A DNA stretch of 64,000 nucleotides from positions 15,066,001 through 15,130,000 of the forward strand of contig OX597832.1 in the NCBI GenBank assembly GCA_951406725.2, given 5' to 3'. Each line of letters starts with the position of its first letter. Within the stretch, counting starts at the first letter, position 1. This DNA comes from Octopus vulgaris (Eukaryota). Below are positions 51,208 through 64,000 of this stretch, piece by piece. Position numbers and translations under genes: made by a program. Below the pieces are notes generated by a model, which searched no databases, had not been told where the DNA came from, and saw nothing but the letters and a program-made list of their open reading frames with translations.

Positions 51208-53710
51208 TTCATCATTATTATTTTGCCATTGGATTGATTTGATCATGTTTCCGGCCACAGTGTCTCGTGTGTATGATAATATATTCAATTCTTTTGAAGC
51301 GTATGAACTATAAACCAGCTATAAATGGATATGTATATTTTAGATGACGTCCTCACAAAGATGGGAGTAAAACTCAAAGGGCAAGCTGACATAAGAGAAC
51401 ATTGTGATAATATGCATGTACTGTATTAGGTAAATAGTATATATATATATATATTCTGACATTATCGCAGCCAAATTAACTTAAGCAGCAAGAGAATGTG
51501 CAGGAATGCGATATATAATTCTTTGATTTTTAGCAGCTAGATGCTTTTTGAATAATACTTCACTATCATGTATCACAGGTATAGGGCGTTGAATTGCAAT
51601 GGAAGACACATGCGTTCTTTTACGTGATTAGAAAATATGTATATAGAAGAAACACTGATCCGGTAATGATAGAAAGAAAAATTACTCCTCCGTAAATCTT
51701 AGAAGAATTGTGAAATGTCAATATAAGACCACACACTAATGTATAAGAACTAAATAATAATGTATATATGTGTAAAAAAAATTTCCGAGATAATAAGGTA
51801 GAATTCGTTTTGGAAAGAAGTACATGACCTTTTATGAATGTGCTTGGTCTGTTAATGGAGATTCAAATTCCTATTTAATACCTTAACTAAGTCTTACGCT
51901 CTACATTTAATAGTTATGTTGCAGGCTGGTGGCTGGAGAAGTGTATTGAAGCATTACTATTAGTTCTAAAATCTCACTTTACTTCATTAACATGTGAGAG
52001 CAGAGGTTAGCAAATCTCATCAAATACAAGGCATTTAAAAAAAATCTTGTTCTGGATATAACGAGGTTTGTAGTAGTTTAGAAAAGCCCTAAAATAGAAA
52101 ATAATGGCAAGCTTTCAATTGTGAAACACTAGTTAGATAGATTAGATACCCCTGGAAATGTAGCCCTTTAGCAATGAGTCTGCTAAGGAGGGAAGGCACT
52201 AGTACTTTAAGGCATCGTGTAAACACTAGTGAAATTTGGCAATCATCAATGGTTGAATGCACAGTATCTAAAACCCATGAGGGAACAAACATTTGGATGA
52301 ATGTAATGCGGAATTATATAAGTAGATATTTGAAAATGAAACATTACTTTCTTTCATACAGTTAGGTATTTAATATTCATTTCGTTTTGACATCCACATC
52401 CAAGAACTGTTTTTCTTACGCTTGTGGGTCTGTATTCAATTATTTTTAGTGGCGTTGTTATTTGAGAATTATCATGTAACCATTCGATAGTCGATTAAGG
52501 AAGTCACAGATGAGGTGGCTCTACAAACATTCTTAAGAGTATACCATGTGACACCATGTGCAAATACACCAGCAGATATGTCATCAGCGGAGCTGTTTTT
52601 TGCAAAATAAAATCAGTCTTCGAGAAATTTGCTATCTGACAAGTGAAGATAAATGGCAATGGAAAATACAGCAAAATATTTAAAAATTGCAGAAAATGTA
52701 TTTTCATCATGCATAATCCGGGGTTTTCCAGGAAGTACGATTCGATTCTACCATTCATGGTTAGATCCCTGAGTATTTGTAGCCCTTCATTATTAATTAC
52801 TTTTAATAAGTCTTTATTAGGGTGTCTCTATTTAATGCGTAATTCCTACCTGATTATATATTTATACAGTTCAATATCAACCATGTCAATGTTACATGTT
52901 TTCGCCGCTGGCACATATATTCCCGGAGCTTCGTTGAATTCGATAAATAATTTTCTGATTTTCTGCTGATGTATATTACACCTTCTAGTGCACTTTCTGA
53001 ACTTCACACTCTTCACCAATCTATAAAATTATTTTTCAAATCTGGTTAGGTGTTCGTTACGGCGAGTTTATTCTAAATTTGAATACTACTTTTCTTAGTA
53101 GTTCGCCATGTTGAAGTTTGTCGTTCGGTTTAAGCTCCTTGTCTAAAAAAGAAAGCTTTCCACCGCATTCTACGTACAAATTGGTTCGTTTTCTCCATAC
53201 AATCGCGTATATAATCCTTCCAACTGATTATAGGCATGTTCTTAGCGAAACATCCAGTGTTATTTTAACTCTGCCGTATAGCACCTTCCTCCCGGAAATC
53301 GGAAATTGGTTAGAGCTAATGAATAATAAAATAAATGGTTTACACTTGGTAGGTACCTGATAAAGCCGTCACTTTCACAGTGATTGTTATGAATATGGCA
53401 ATTGTAAGACGGAAGATGGAGCATACAAGAATTTAATTTTAATCACGACAATTGCTTCGGCATATGTAGCATCGATCCCACATAAGTGTGTCACCCTGGA
53501 GCATCCGGTGGTGCAGATACATCTCCTAGGATGATAAATAAGTACAACTCGTTAAAATAACAGTTCCGCAATGTAACATGTCGTTTTGAAGAAAACAAAT
53601 CAGACAGGCGGAAGAAATACCTTCATTTCTATAGAAGACCAAAAATAAAATCACAGATGGCAAGAGAGAAACTAACAAGCAATCCAGCTCATACCCGCAT
53701 CCATATATAC

Positions 53711-53771
<61 letters not shown>

Positions 53772-55196
53772 GTGTGTGTCTACATATATACATATATGTG
53801 TGTGTGTGGTTATGTATATATATACATATATGGACCATGTTAGTAACTTCCAACGAGCACACATTACGCTGAAATGCAAAAGGCGTTGTAGAATTGCTGA
53901 TAAACTAGAAGTTAGCACTGTTTTTTACATACGGTCAGGATATTTTAGATAAGAGTGTAACCTATCACACCGCTATTTTAGAATAATGAAGCAAATGATA
54001 TATCTGTTTCTTCAGATAAGCGAGCGGGAGCCAAATGTTTTGTGTACAGATAAGAGGATAAATGCTCAAATTACTTTTACAGACAATCAAAAGTATCAAA
54101 TGTTAGCCAGTTAATGTAAAATTAGTGATCACGGTAAATTAGATGAAGTTAAGTATAATCCCAATCATCACGTTCATGAGATCAAAGGAGACGACAATTG
54201 CCAGAACGGAGACGGTGGCTTTGGAGACGATAACGACAGCTGTGAAGTGGGCAATGAAAATGACAATAAAAATATTCATGGGGATGTGGTTATTAATGAT
54301 CATGGAAATAGCCCTGAAGTTATGATTAAATATTTATTCAAATATTAACCACAATAAAACATCAATGTAAAATAATAGTTAACATGTTGAAATGAAAAGT
54401 TGCGTGATTCACCGAAGACCATCTGCGCGTACGAAACATGTTGAATATTGTGAAATGATGAGTTCTTAATATTAGAAATCAAACAAAAATACTTTTCAGC
54501 CCTAATTGATTCAATAAGAGATTGGATTTATCGTAAATGAGTACAACGCATCCCTTCATCAATTACAATTTTTACTTGCACTCTGTTGCACTTTCTAATC
54601 AATAAGGTTTGCCTAGAGACATTAACTCATCTCGATGAACTAACAATGCAATATCAATGGTGTGTATTAAGTTGCATGAAATTAAACTCTTCAACAAAGG
54701 GATCTGCATTGAACTCACGTGAAACGAATGTAAAGCAATCAGTGATAAGTTAATATTCTCTTAATTGCCCAGAAGAATGCATTCATGGCTGGATACAATC
54801 AAAATATTAACGTGCAACTAAACATGAATGTACAATATAACAGAGGAAATATGATGTGAAATTGTTCAATTACACATTTAGATGATCAAAAATTACCAGG
54901 TTAAGGGTTAATTCCAATGTATTATTCTAAATAGCATCATAGAGAAATATTTTGTAAAGGTCATCAGCAAAAACATAACTATTTTGTTAAGATTGCATAA
55001 TATTGCTATACAAAAATGATTGTTATGGGTATACAATCAATATTTTACTTTCAAAAATAATATAAAGCAAATGCTTATATAATTAGCTTTCATTCATATT
55101 CTACGTCTAATATACTGTAGCTCACATTTAAGATATCCTTACAGGATGTGACAGCATAATTGGAAATGGTATATTTATATATGTATATGTATGTAT

Positions 55197-55238
<42 letters not shown>

Positions 55239-55307
55239 GTATACATGCATTTATGTATATGTATATATATATGTGTGTATGTATGCATATGTCGATATAA
55301 TATATCT

Positions 55308-55378
<71 letters not shown>

Positions 55379-55904
55379 CATACACATATAAATATATATA
55401 TGTAACATATGTGTGTGAGTGTTCGCATGTATATGAATATATGTATATGTGTGTCAATATAATTTTCTTTGTGTATTTCACATTTAATTTACACAATGGC
55501 TAATTCTCATGAATCTTTTATTTGATTTTCCATTACGTCTCTCAGAACTTATTTTGCATTTTGCATTCGCTGCTATTTTCCTGTACTGCTGTATCGTAAT
55601 ACATATTCCTAATTGTTCATGCAATCTCTTTCATCTCGGATCCTAAAAGATATCTCCTTTTTGCTTACGCATTATTTTAAGTAACTAATATGAATGTTTG
55701 CCATTCATTTTAATTCACTAATTATTTGCATTCACTTTTATGTATTTTCTGTATTCTTTCTCGCATAGTAGTTACTCATATTGTTTAGGTGTTGTTTCTC
55801 TTTCCTTTATATATATATTTATTCAGAAGTCAAAATTAGATGCGTCAACATGCATAAGTATGTGTCTGCATGTGTATGTGTTCACGCACACACACACATA
55901 TATA

Positions 55905-55950
<46 letters not shown>

Positions 55951-56173
55951 TAAAGAGATAGACACACATACACACATAAGCACGTACAGATACATATATA
56001 TTTGGGTTTAGGGATTACCCCCAAAGCGGTTATTCGCTCAAAATAGGTTATACAACAGTTAATATATAGATCCACTAATGTTATTATAAGTCAGAACTTA
56101 GTTATATTTTGTTGGATTATTCTGAACATATTACTGTCACCGTATAATTTTTTCTGGTGTATATCATATCAGC

Positions 56174-56223
<50 letters not shown>

Positions 56224-56758
56224 GTATTATCACGACGTTGCATAATATTGCCTTTGAGTCCTTTAATATATATATATTGCTTTACATAGATATTTACATG
56301 TTTCGAATGCACCGATTAGTACCCGTTGCTATTGCAACCGTATTATAAGGCCGGTGCAGTCTCTTCAATATCTTTACATAATATCTTTCGATTTAACTGT
56401 TAAAAGTTTTCGTTCATCTGCATTATGTGTAATGATGTAGAGTTGTCCGTTAAATTAGACTCGAATAATCTCCAATTGAAGATTTGATTGCTTAATGAAT
56501 TATAGTCCTCTCTTTCAATCAATTATTTTGTTTAAACGTTTATCACTTATTTGTACATGGCAAAAGGGAATTCCCTCAAATGGCAGCATCTGAAAGCTTA
56601 TTCCTGTCAAGAAATTATTAGATTACACTTGGACGTAAAAATCTGGTAGGTTCTTTCTAAACATATGTCACATTCTTTGGTTCCCGGTACATAGGTCACA
56701 TTCTTTGGTTCCCGGTTTGCATAGTTTTCCAGTACAAATTAATTCCCAATTGATAGGG

Positions 56759-56808
<50 letters not shown>

Positions 56809-56878
56809 GTCTGTGGGGTGGGGGTGCTTGTGTCTGTGTGTGTTTGTTTAAACAAATAGATAGACAGATGGATACGGA

Positions 56879-57096
56879 TAGAAGGGTAAGTTGAATGTTC
56901 CGGATTTAAAGGTTTCCCGAAAGGCATGAATGGAGGTCAAATATTCTGAGTTCTTTTAGAAAGCTTAGAAATACTGATGGACCGCTGCAATAATTGTGTG
57001 AATATGAGTGGAAAATATGTTGAAGATAATCATAATTAACTGTCCTCCTATATCATCTTTCGGTCCAAATCAGGAACTTTTCACTAATGCCTCGCA
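56879..57096 (+). mobile_element. internally deleted mariner (MITE-like)
   Basis: C-terminal ILMDRCNNCVNMSGKYVED, with degenerate inverted ends GTTGAATGTTCCGGATTT and AAATCAGGAACTTTTCAC. Confidence 0.5.
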
Positions 57097-57109
57097 CCTA
57101 TGAAACCAG

Positions 57110-58946
57110 TAGACAATCAACACTACTAAGCCACTAGAAGAGAAGCAAAATACTATGTAAATACAAAATTACAGAGTAAGGTATACCGTATGTAAAAGAA
57201 CTGCTAAAGCAAAATAACCTCGCCGAAGCGCGGAGAATCCGTCGGTATATGAAAGACCAACGTTTCTTTGATTAATATAAACAGTTCAACTCCAACCGCA
57301 ACTGTTTCTACCAAGAACTTCGCAAAAATAAAAGAGATTAACGCAGCACCGACTCCTTTTCTGCATGGCATTGACACTTTTATCTGACATGTTAAACAGA
57401 ACTGCATATGGATACAACTATCACGACAAAACAATCAGCCATCTCTTATATATAGATAATCTAAAACTACACTACAGATGATGAACAGCTGCAAACAGTA
57501 CTACAGACAGTACATGGATTTCCCAAAGAAATAAACACGAAATTTCGCTTAGAATAACGTGCCAAAGGAGCATTGAAATGAGGGAAGCTAGTTTAGAGTA
57601 GCAACATTATAATAGATATAGCAAATGAAATAAGAAAATTAGATCAAAGCCAGACATAGAAATACTTTGGAATCAACGAACGAGATACGATACAACGCAC
57701 GCAAATGAAAAAGATAAGAAAAGAATACTATACACGAATTAGATTAATACTGAAAACAAAACTGAATACGGAATACAAGATAATAGATAGCAAATCTCTC
57801 GCAGTCTCAGTTATAAGTTACAGCTACGATATACTTAACTGGACTCTGAATCAGCTAATCAAACTAAACAGAAAAACAAGGAAAATAATTACAGGATGTA
57901 GGCTGCACCAAAAAAATCTGACAGAAGGATTATATATTCAACGTACGGAAGGGGGAAGAGGCCTTATACAACTAGAAAGCTATTATAAAATAACCACCAT
58001 CGGACCGCAGGAATACCAACTTCAGAAGCAAAGGAAGCTAATGCAAATAACCACACATCACGGAAACAACAAAAATTCTGTATTCCGTTTGTAAAGAAGT
58101 TGACAAATACAAAAAAGAAGTTATAGGACCTGAAAACTACGAAGAAAAGAATGAACAACTAAAGCTGTAAAACCACTGAAATCAAAGATAAAAGAGGGGC
58201 AGCAAGAGATCATGAAAAAAAGGATGGCGAGAAAATCCTCTTCATGGCAAAATGTGGATTAAACTAAACGCAAACGAATTAGACGAAATCCCAACAAACA
58301 AGAAAGAGACGGATTTTTAATTGCAGAAATGATCAAAACATATAACGAAAATATATACGAGTGATTGCAGATTATGTGGAAACAGATAAGAACCAATTAG
58401 TCATATAGGTTCAGGCTGCCCAGCACTAGCCAAGAAGGAATATATTCACAGACACGACAAAGTTCGCATCTATATACACAGGAGGCTATGTCAAAACTAT
58501 GGAATAACAACGGAAAAAAAGATTGTGTAAGCACACTCCACAAAAAAGTCATACAAAATGAGAAAGCAACCATACAATTGTACTTGCCAATAAACACACA
58601 GAGAAATGAAGACCAATACGCCGTATAGATTTGACAGATATTATCAAGCGAACATGTTTTCTAAAAGATGCATCGATACCAACAGATGGTAATGTCTCTC
58701 TAAGACATTGAAAATTTCAAAATACAAAGACCTGGAAATAGAAGTAAATTGAATGTGCAGCCTAAAACAAGAAAGATTTCATATCATAGTAGGCGCAATA
58801 TGTTTCATAAAAATAAAATTCCGACAAGTGCATAATAACAACACCAAAACTAACAAATATATATAACACAGAAAATAGCACTACTAAGGACCGCACATAT
58901 ACTACGTAAAACACTTTCAATACAGTAACCGTAAGAGCGTCACTAT
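57110..58946 (+). mobile_element. degraded R4/Dong retrotransposon with a large internal deletion
   Basis: KELLKQNNLAEARRIRRY, FCMALT, ISHLLYIDNLKL, RKEYYTRIRLILKTKLN, LYIQRTEGGRGL, RHD, SKYKDLEIE and HILRKTLSIQ*. Confidence 0.9.
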
Positions 58947-59125
58947 GGGACCTTGTGAGCGGGATGGGTTATTCGACCTGAAGAAAACTCTAACTGGACC
59001 CCACCTGCAAAGTAATGCGCTGTTTATCTTGATAAGAAATAATCATGTCGCGCACATATGTTTGTGATGCATGTGCCTGTTGTACCCTTATCAGACTGAT
59101 AATCACGATGGGTATACTGGGCTTC
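58947..59125 (+). mobile_element. family B fragment fused to the Dong 3' end, followed by (TAA)n
   Basis: Reverse complement of about 48692-48871. (TAA)n at 59128-59375. Confidence 0.8.
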
Positions 59126-59126
59126 C

Positions 59127-59198
<72 letters not shown>

Positions 59199-59203
59199 TA
59201 ATG

Positions 59204-59280
<77 letters not shown>

Positions 59281-59289
59281 AATATAATG

Positions 59290-59365
<76 letters not shown>

Positions 59366-59728
59366 TAATAATAATGTCACATGGACAGCAAGTTTGATTA
59401 TGGTGTGTGTCGATTACAGGGACCCCTCTGTTAAACTGGTATTTAGTTTATAGGCCCCAAAAGGATGAAAAGCAATATAACTCAGCATTTCGTCCGGGAA
59501 GTGAACGATTCTACAGCTCTCAATCTCAAAAATAATGTTGCAAAAAATAATTTATATTAAAAAAAAAATTTTGGAAAGCACAAATATGATATATATCAGA
59601 TATAATACCATTAACATAAACAGTAATTCAAAACAATAACATAAGGAAATTTTGCAGACTTTATACCATTAAAACAACAGCAACAAAGAGGAGGATGTTG
59701 TAAGAGAAAAAAAAAACTCAACAATGAC

Positions 59729-59787
59729 AGGCGGAGGAATGGCTATGTGGTAAGTAGCTCGTTTACCGCCGACCACATGGTTCCGGG

Positions 59788-59867
<80 letters not shown>

Positions 59868-60088
59868 GTGTATGTGTTTGTATGTGTATGTGTTTGTCCC
59901 CCTAGCATTGCTTGTCAACCGATGCTGGCGTGTTTATGTACCCGTTACTTAGCGGCTCGGTAAAAGAGACAGATAGAATAAGTACTGGGCTTACAAAGAA
60001 TAAGTCCCGGGGTCGAGTTGATCGATTAAAGGCGGTGCTCCAGCATGGCCGCAGTCAACTGACTTAAACAATTAAAGAGTAAAAGTGT
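59729..60088 (+). mobile_element. SINE family A, internally deleted
   Basis: Head AGGCGGAGGAATGGCTATGTGGTAAGTAGC, then microsatellite, then an intact 3' half with GGCGGTGCTCCAGCATGGCCGCAGTC. Confidence 0.88.
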
Positions 60089-60483
60089 AATGATGATGCA
60101 GAACTAACTCAGACGGCAAGTATAACCTCTACATCAGTCCTCAAAATGAATAAAGCAATAGCAAACACTGATAACACTGGGGGGAAATGATGGTTTTGAT
60201 TCAATATAAGCTTTTAGATTAATTACTTGATATTAACCCTCCCTTCACTGAAACCGACGTTCAGCTGTAAGACTGTAATCGCCGTATGAGTGACTCAGTC
60301 ATCCTCAACCTATTCGCTCTGATATTATTCCTATTACTGCAAAAATATATTATAAAGCAGGAAATCTAAGGTACACTTCAGTTTTTCACTATTAAAATAA
60401 ATTCATTCGTAATCCTGAATATTTCTTGATTTAAAATACCTTGGTTGTTTTTTTACAGCTGCCATATTTATTATTATTATTAA

Positions 60484-60578
<95 letters not shown>

Positions 60579-60632
60579 GTAGTAGTAGTAGTAGTAGTAG
60601 TAGTATTGTCATTGTTGTTGTTGTTGTTATTA

Positions 60633-60670
<38 letters not shown>

Positions 60671-60673
60671 GAT

Positions 60674-61104
60674 GAGTGAGAGAGTGGTGCATGCTATCAA
60701 AGTGACACTGGGATAAAATATACGAAGCCCAGTGAACCCATCATGACTACCCATCTGATAAGGGTACACAAGTCATATGCATGATAATCATATGTGCGTG
60801 ACACACGAATGTCATATTCAGATAATCAAAGCATGACATTGCCGGTGGGGCCCTGTTAGAATTTTGACCCCATCCCGCTCAAAAGGTCCTTGAATACGTA
60901 TTGTAAAATGATGTTTAAGAAAACACCCATGTTTTCAAAGTTAAATTATTCAAGCCCGAAAGAATTTCCACACATGACTATGATGCTCTCCCACTACTTC
61001 TGTTCGTGATCAGAGAGCCACATATCGTCAGCCACTAAGAGGTTAAGGTCAAACAACTGACAAGCCAATCTGTGTTATTAGGCAGAGTATTTGCTGTAGA
61101 CCAT
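60674..61104 (-). mobile_element. family B copy with a longer 5' end
   Basis: Collinear with 48643-49040 and abuts (TTA)n/(GTA)n/(TTG)n at 60466-60670. Confidence 0.85.
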
Positions 61105-62059
61105 TACTATTAGTTTATTATTGTTGTCCTTGTTGTTCCTTTTCAAATGTAGACATGTCGCGAACTCTCTGAAATTATTGACTTGTTTTTATAGTTATAA
61201 GTATATTTGTCTCTTCTTTGTTGTTGAATTGTGTCGTATTATGAGTAGACAATGATGGTTTGAGGAAAATTATTGTTATATGCCTTAAGGTGCACAATAT
61301 CAAAAGGAAAATATTACTTTTCGAAATGTTTAGCAAAATCTGAAACGGCATCGATTTCAACACCGAACGAGAATGTGAGGAATGTGGCAGGTGGATTTCA
61401 AGGTGAAATTTTTTTCACGATCAATAACGGTCCTGATTAGCCTACAAAAAAATGAAAAACGTAGTAGCAGCAACAACGAAATCTGCGCCAACAACAAAAT
61501 ATACAGTACCAACATGAAAGGAAAATTATGCGTCTACAAATTGACAACAATGAAAATGGAAGACGGCAAAAAAAAATATTTCACACATAAGTCATGTAGA
61601 TTCAACCAACGCCTCCACACAGCAGCAATTAGCGGAAATTCCGTCGCTGAAACGTCTAAAACCACAAATCGAGCGATAATAATTTCAACGAGGTGGTTCG
61701 TGAACTATAAGAAAATATAAATTTCTCAATGAATTATTTAAGAGTGCAAGAAGCATATTAAAACGAAATGGAAGAAGTGTCACACTTACAAACCTTGAAG
61801 TCATCGTAGTGAACACAATCAGAAAGACAATGATATAGAAAACGACAGGAATAAACACTAAAAACTAGTACGGCAAAGCAGCAACGAATTGAAAAGTTTA
61901 ATATACCATTAGAGTTTTCAATCTTCCTTGGCAAGAGATTATGATTTTTTGCACCTTCCGTGTTTGCACACATGCCGCAGCATTTACTTCTATGTAGCAG
62001 ATAAATACTTGTTCATTGCAATAGTGGCGGTCATATTCCACAGCTCTACATTTATTATT

Positions 62060-62335
62060 CCTCTTCTCCGCTTACTTATAGACTGATACAACCAAGCATT
62101 GTCTGCTTTTGAGTGGTGCATGCACCTGAGTGTCAAAAGTTATATTGTCTTCCTATCCATGCGTTGGAGCTCTATAAATTTCCAGTTAATGATGTCAAAA
62201 CTGAAGTGCCAGGGTGTTAATGGCCTCGATGTTATTTTTGATGTTGAGTTAAGTATCTTAGGATGATTCATATTCTGTTATAATACTACTATCTTTTTTT
62301 TCTTCGTCCATTGTAGCATGTTCTATGCCATCTCT
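62060..62335 (-). pseudogene. R4/Dong RT-region relic
   Basis: NNIEAINTLAL, FDIINWKFIELQRMDRKT and MHHSKADNAWLY. Confidence 0.65.
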
Positions 62336-62639
62336 TTCGCTTATCCTCATGTATTTATAGCGTTCTTGTGGGTCAAATTTCTTAATTATAGTGTAGGTAT
62401 TTTATTTAATAGCAGCTGTATGCTTGAACGTACCTCTTATAACAGCTGTACAACAATTATCAAGGCGAAAATCCATCCCGAAATCTTTCCTGAACATTTT
62501 AACACTTGTTAGCCGCTTTACCAGCTCTTAGTAATTTCTAGCAAATAGCTTCAGATCATCCATATAAAGCAGACAGTTTACGGTGATAAAGGAAAATCCC
62601 AGATTATTTTGCTAGCCTCCGAAATTGCCACTCTCTGCA

Positions 62640-63695
62640 GTTTGTGTTCATACCTCATGTTACGTCTCTCTAGCCCCCATTTTCACAATTTAGCATTTTA
62701 GCTATCTGGTAGTGTCGCAACAACTTCTAATCGTTTTGGGCGCATCTAAGGCATTCGATCGTGCTGTGGTCAATGGCTTCAACCCACCATTGCAGATGCG
62801 GCAGATGAGACAGTTGCTCATTCCTCACGTTGCCCCTGAAGTTCGTTGCCCGTCAAGTTCGGGGCTAGCGCTTGGTCCTGCGCGACCACTATAGTGCTCG
62901 CGCTCGTTTTTAGGATTCCTTTCTTTAGTAAATCCCACATATTTTTTCCCAGTAACTTCTATATGGAATTGATTGTGCAGTCATTTCTTTCGTAATGTGT
63001 GTTTCTACTTCTTCCTTTGTTTTCCCTTTTTTTTTCTCTACTCTCAATACTCCTTCGTTCCTAACCGTCACTAGCAAGGTTTCCTTACTTTAGACTAGGT
63101 ATCTCATTAAGCTCTCCAATTCGATTCGTACTACCCCTTTCACACTTTGACCCCTTCCTGCATTTGTTCTTTTCATGTATAGGCGATCAGTGTCTGCACG
63201 TGGCTGATGGATTCCGTTCATCATTAGGAGAAATTCCTTCACTCCCTGTCCTTCTCCTTTAGCTCCGCATCTGTCCACTTCAGGATTCCAGCTCCCTACC
63301 GAACAACTGAGACTGGGCGCGTGTTTATCATTTTCGAAATTATATCTCTGAAGACAATATTTTTCTTTCTCACCGCAGATACTCACTTCTTGTATTTTCC
63401 TTCATGTCGTGGTGTTTGAATCTCTCTGCTTCAAGTATTCCCAGGTATTTATAGCTGGATTGAGGTCGTACTGCTTTCATCATTTCACCACTTGGCAAAT
63501 ATATGCCTTCTTTTCTCGCATCCTCATTGTAGCATATTCTGAGAGCACAACATTCCATCGTAATATCACTGGAGAAAATCGACATAGACTGGGCTATGCA
63601 GTACAATCCTTCCTCAGTTTTCGTGAATTACTTCAGGTTGTCCATGAATAGCAAATGATTGAGTTTCCCCTAATCCCTTCCCAGATCATACCCCA
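62640..63695 (-). mobile_element. degraded R4/Dong retrotransposon
   Basis: NHLLFMDNLK, YKYLGILEAERFKHHDMKE, PRADTDRLYMKRTNAGRG, VVAQDQAL and a zinc-knuckle remnant. (TTA)n adjoins its 5' side. Confidence 0.85.
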
Positions 63696-63734
63696 AATTT
63701 CTTTGTTATTATAACCATTATTATTTATATTATA

Positions 63735-64000
<266 letters not shown>

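Noticed and set aside
56667-56718. 22-bp direct repeat GTCACATTCTTTGGTTCCCGGT x2, considered as CRISPR-like
   Set aside because: Only two units with a 7-bp gap in a eukaryotic context, so a simple slippage duplication.

Overview
AT-rich eukaryotic non-coding DNA, very dense in microsatellites ((TA)n, (TG)n, (TAA)n, (TCTA)n). The repeat content resembles an octopus/cephalopod genome, which is my inference from the SINE families and satellite density. No host gene could be identified, and most ORFs in the track are translated microsatellites. The window is a patchwork of mostly dead mobile elements: several modular tRNA-headed SINE families, a 5'-truncated CR1-group LINE, a Penelope-like element (RT plus GIY-YIG), multiple R4/Dong-type retrotransposons and a non-autonomous partner sitting in (TAA)n, a probable HERO-like relic, Tc1/mariner remnants and a solo LTR. 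The most interesting layer is non-coding. At least five unrelated short element families, mostly embedded in (TA)n, carry minimal type-I hammerhead-ribozyme motifs (about 24111, 27518/27727, 38413, 44803, 45308/45508, 50644). Several are arranged as fold-back inverted repeats or as a tandem pair about 200 nt apart, which suggests Penelope-derived or retrozyme-like self-cleaving elements. All structures and alignments were read by eye, so boundaries of degraded elements are approximate.
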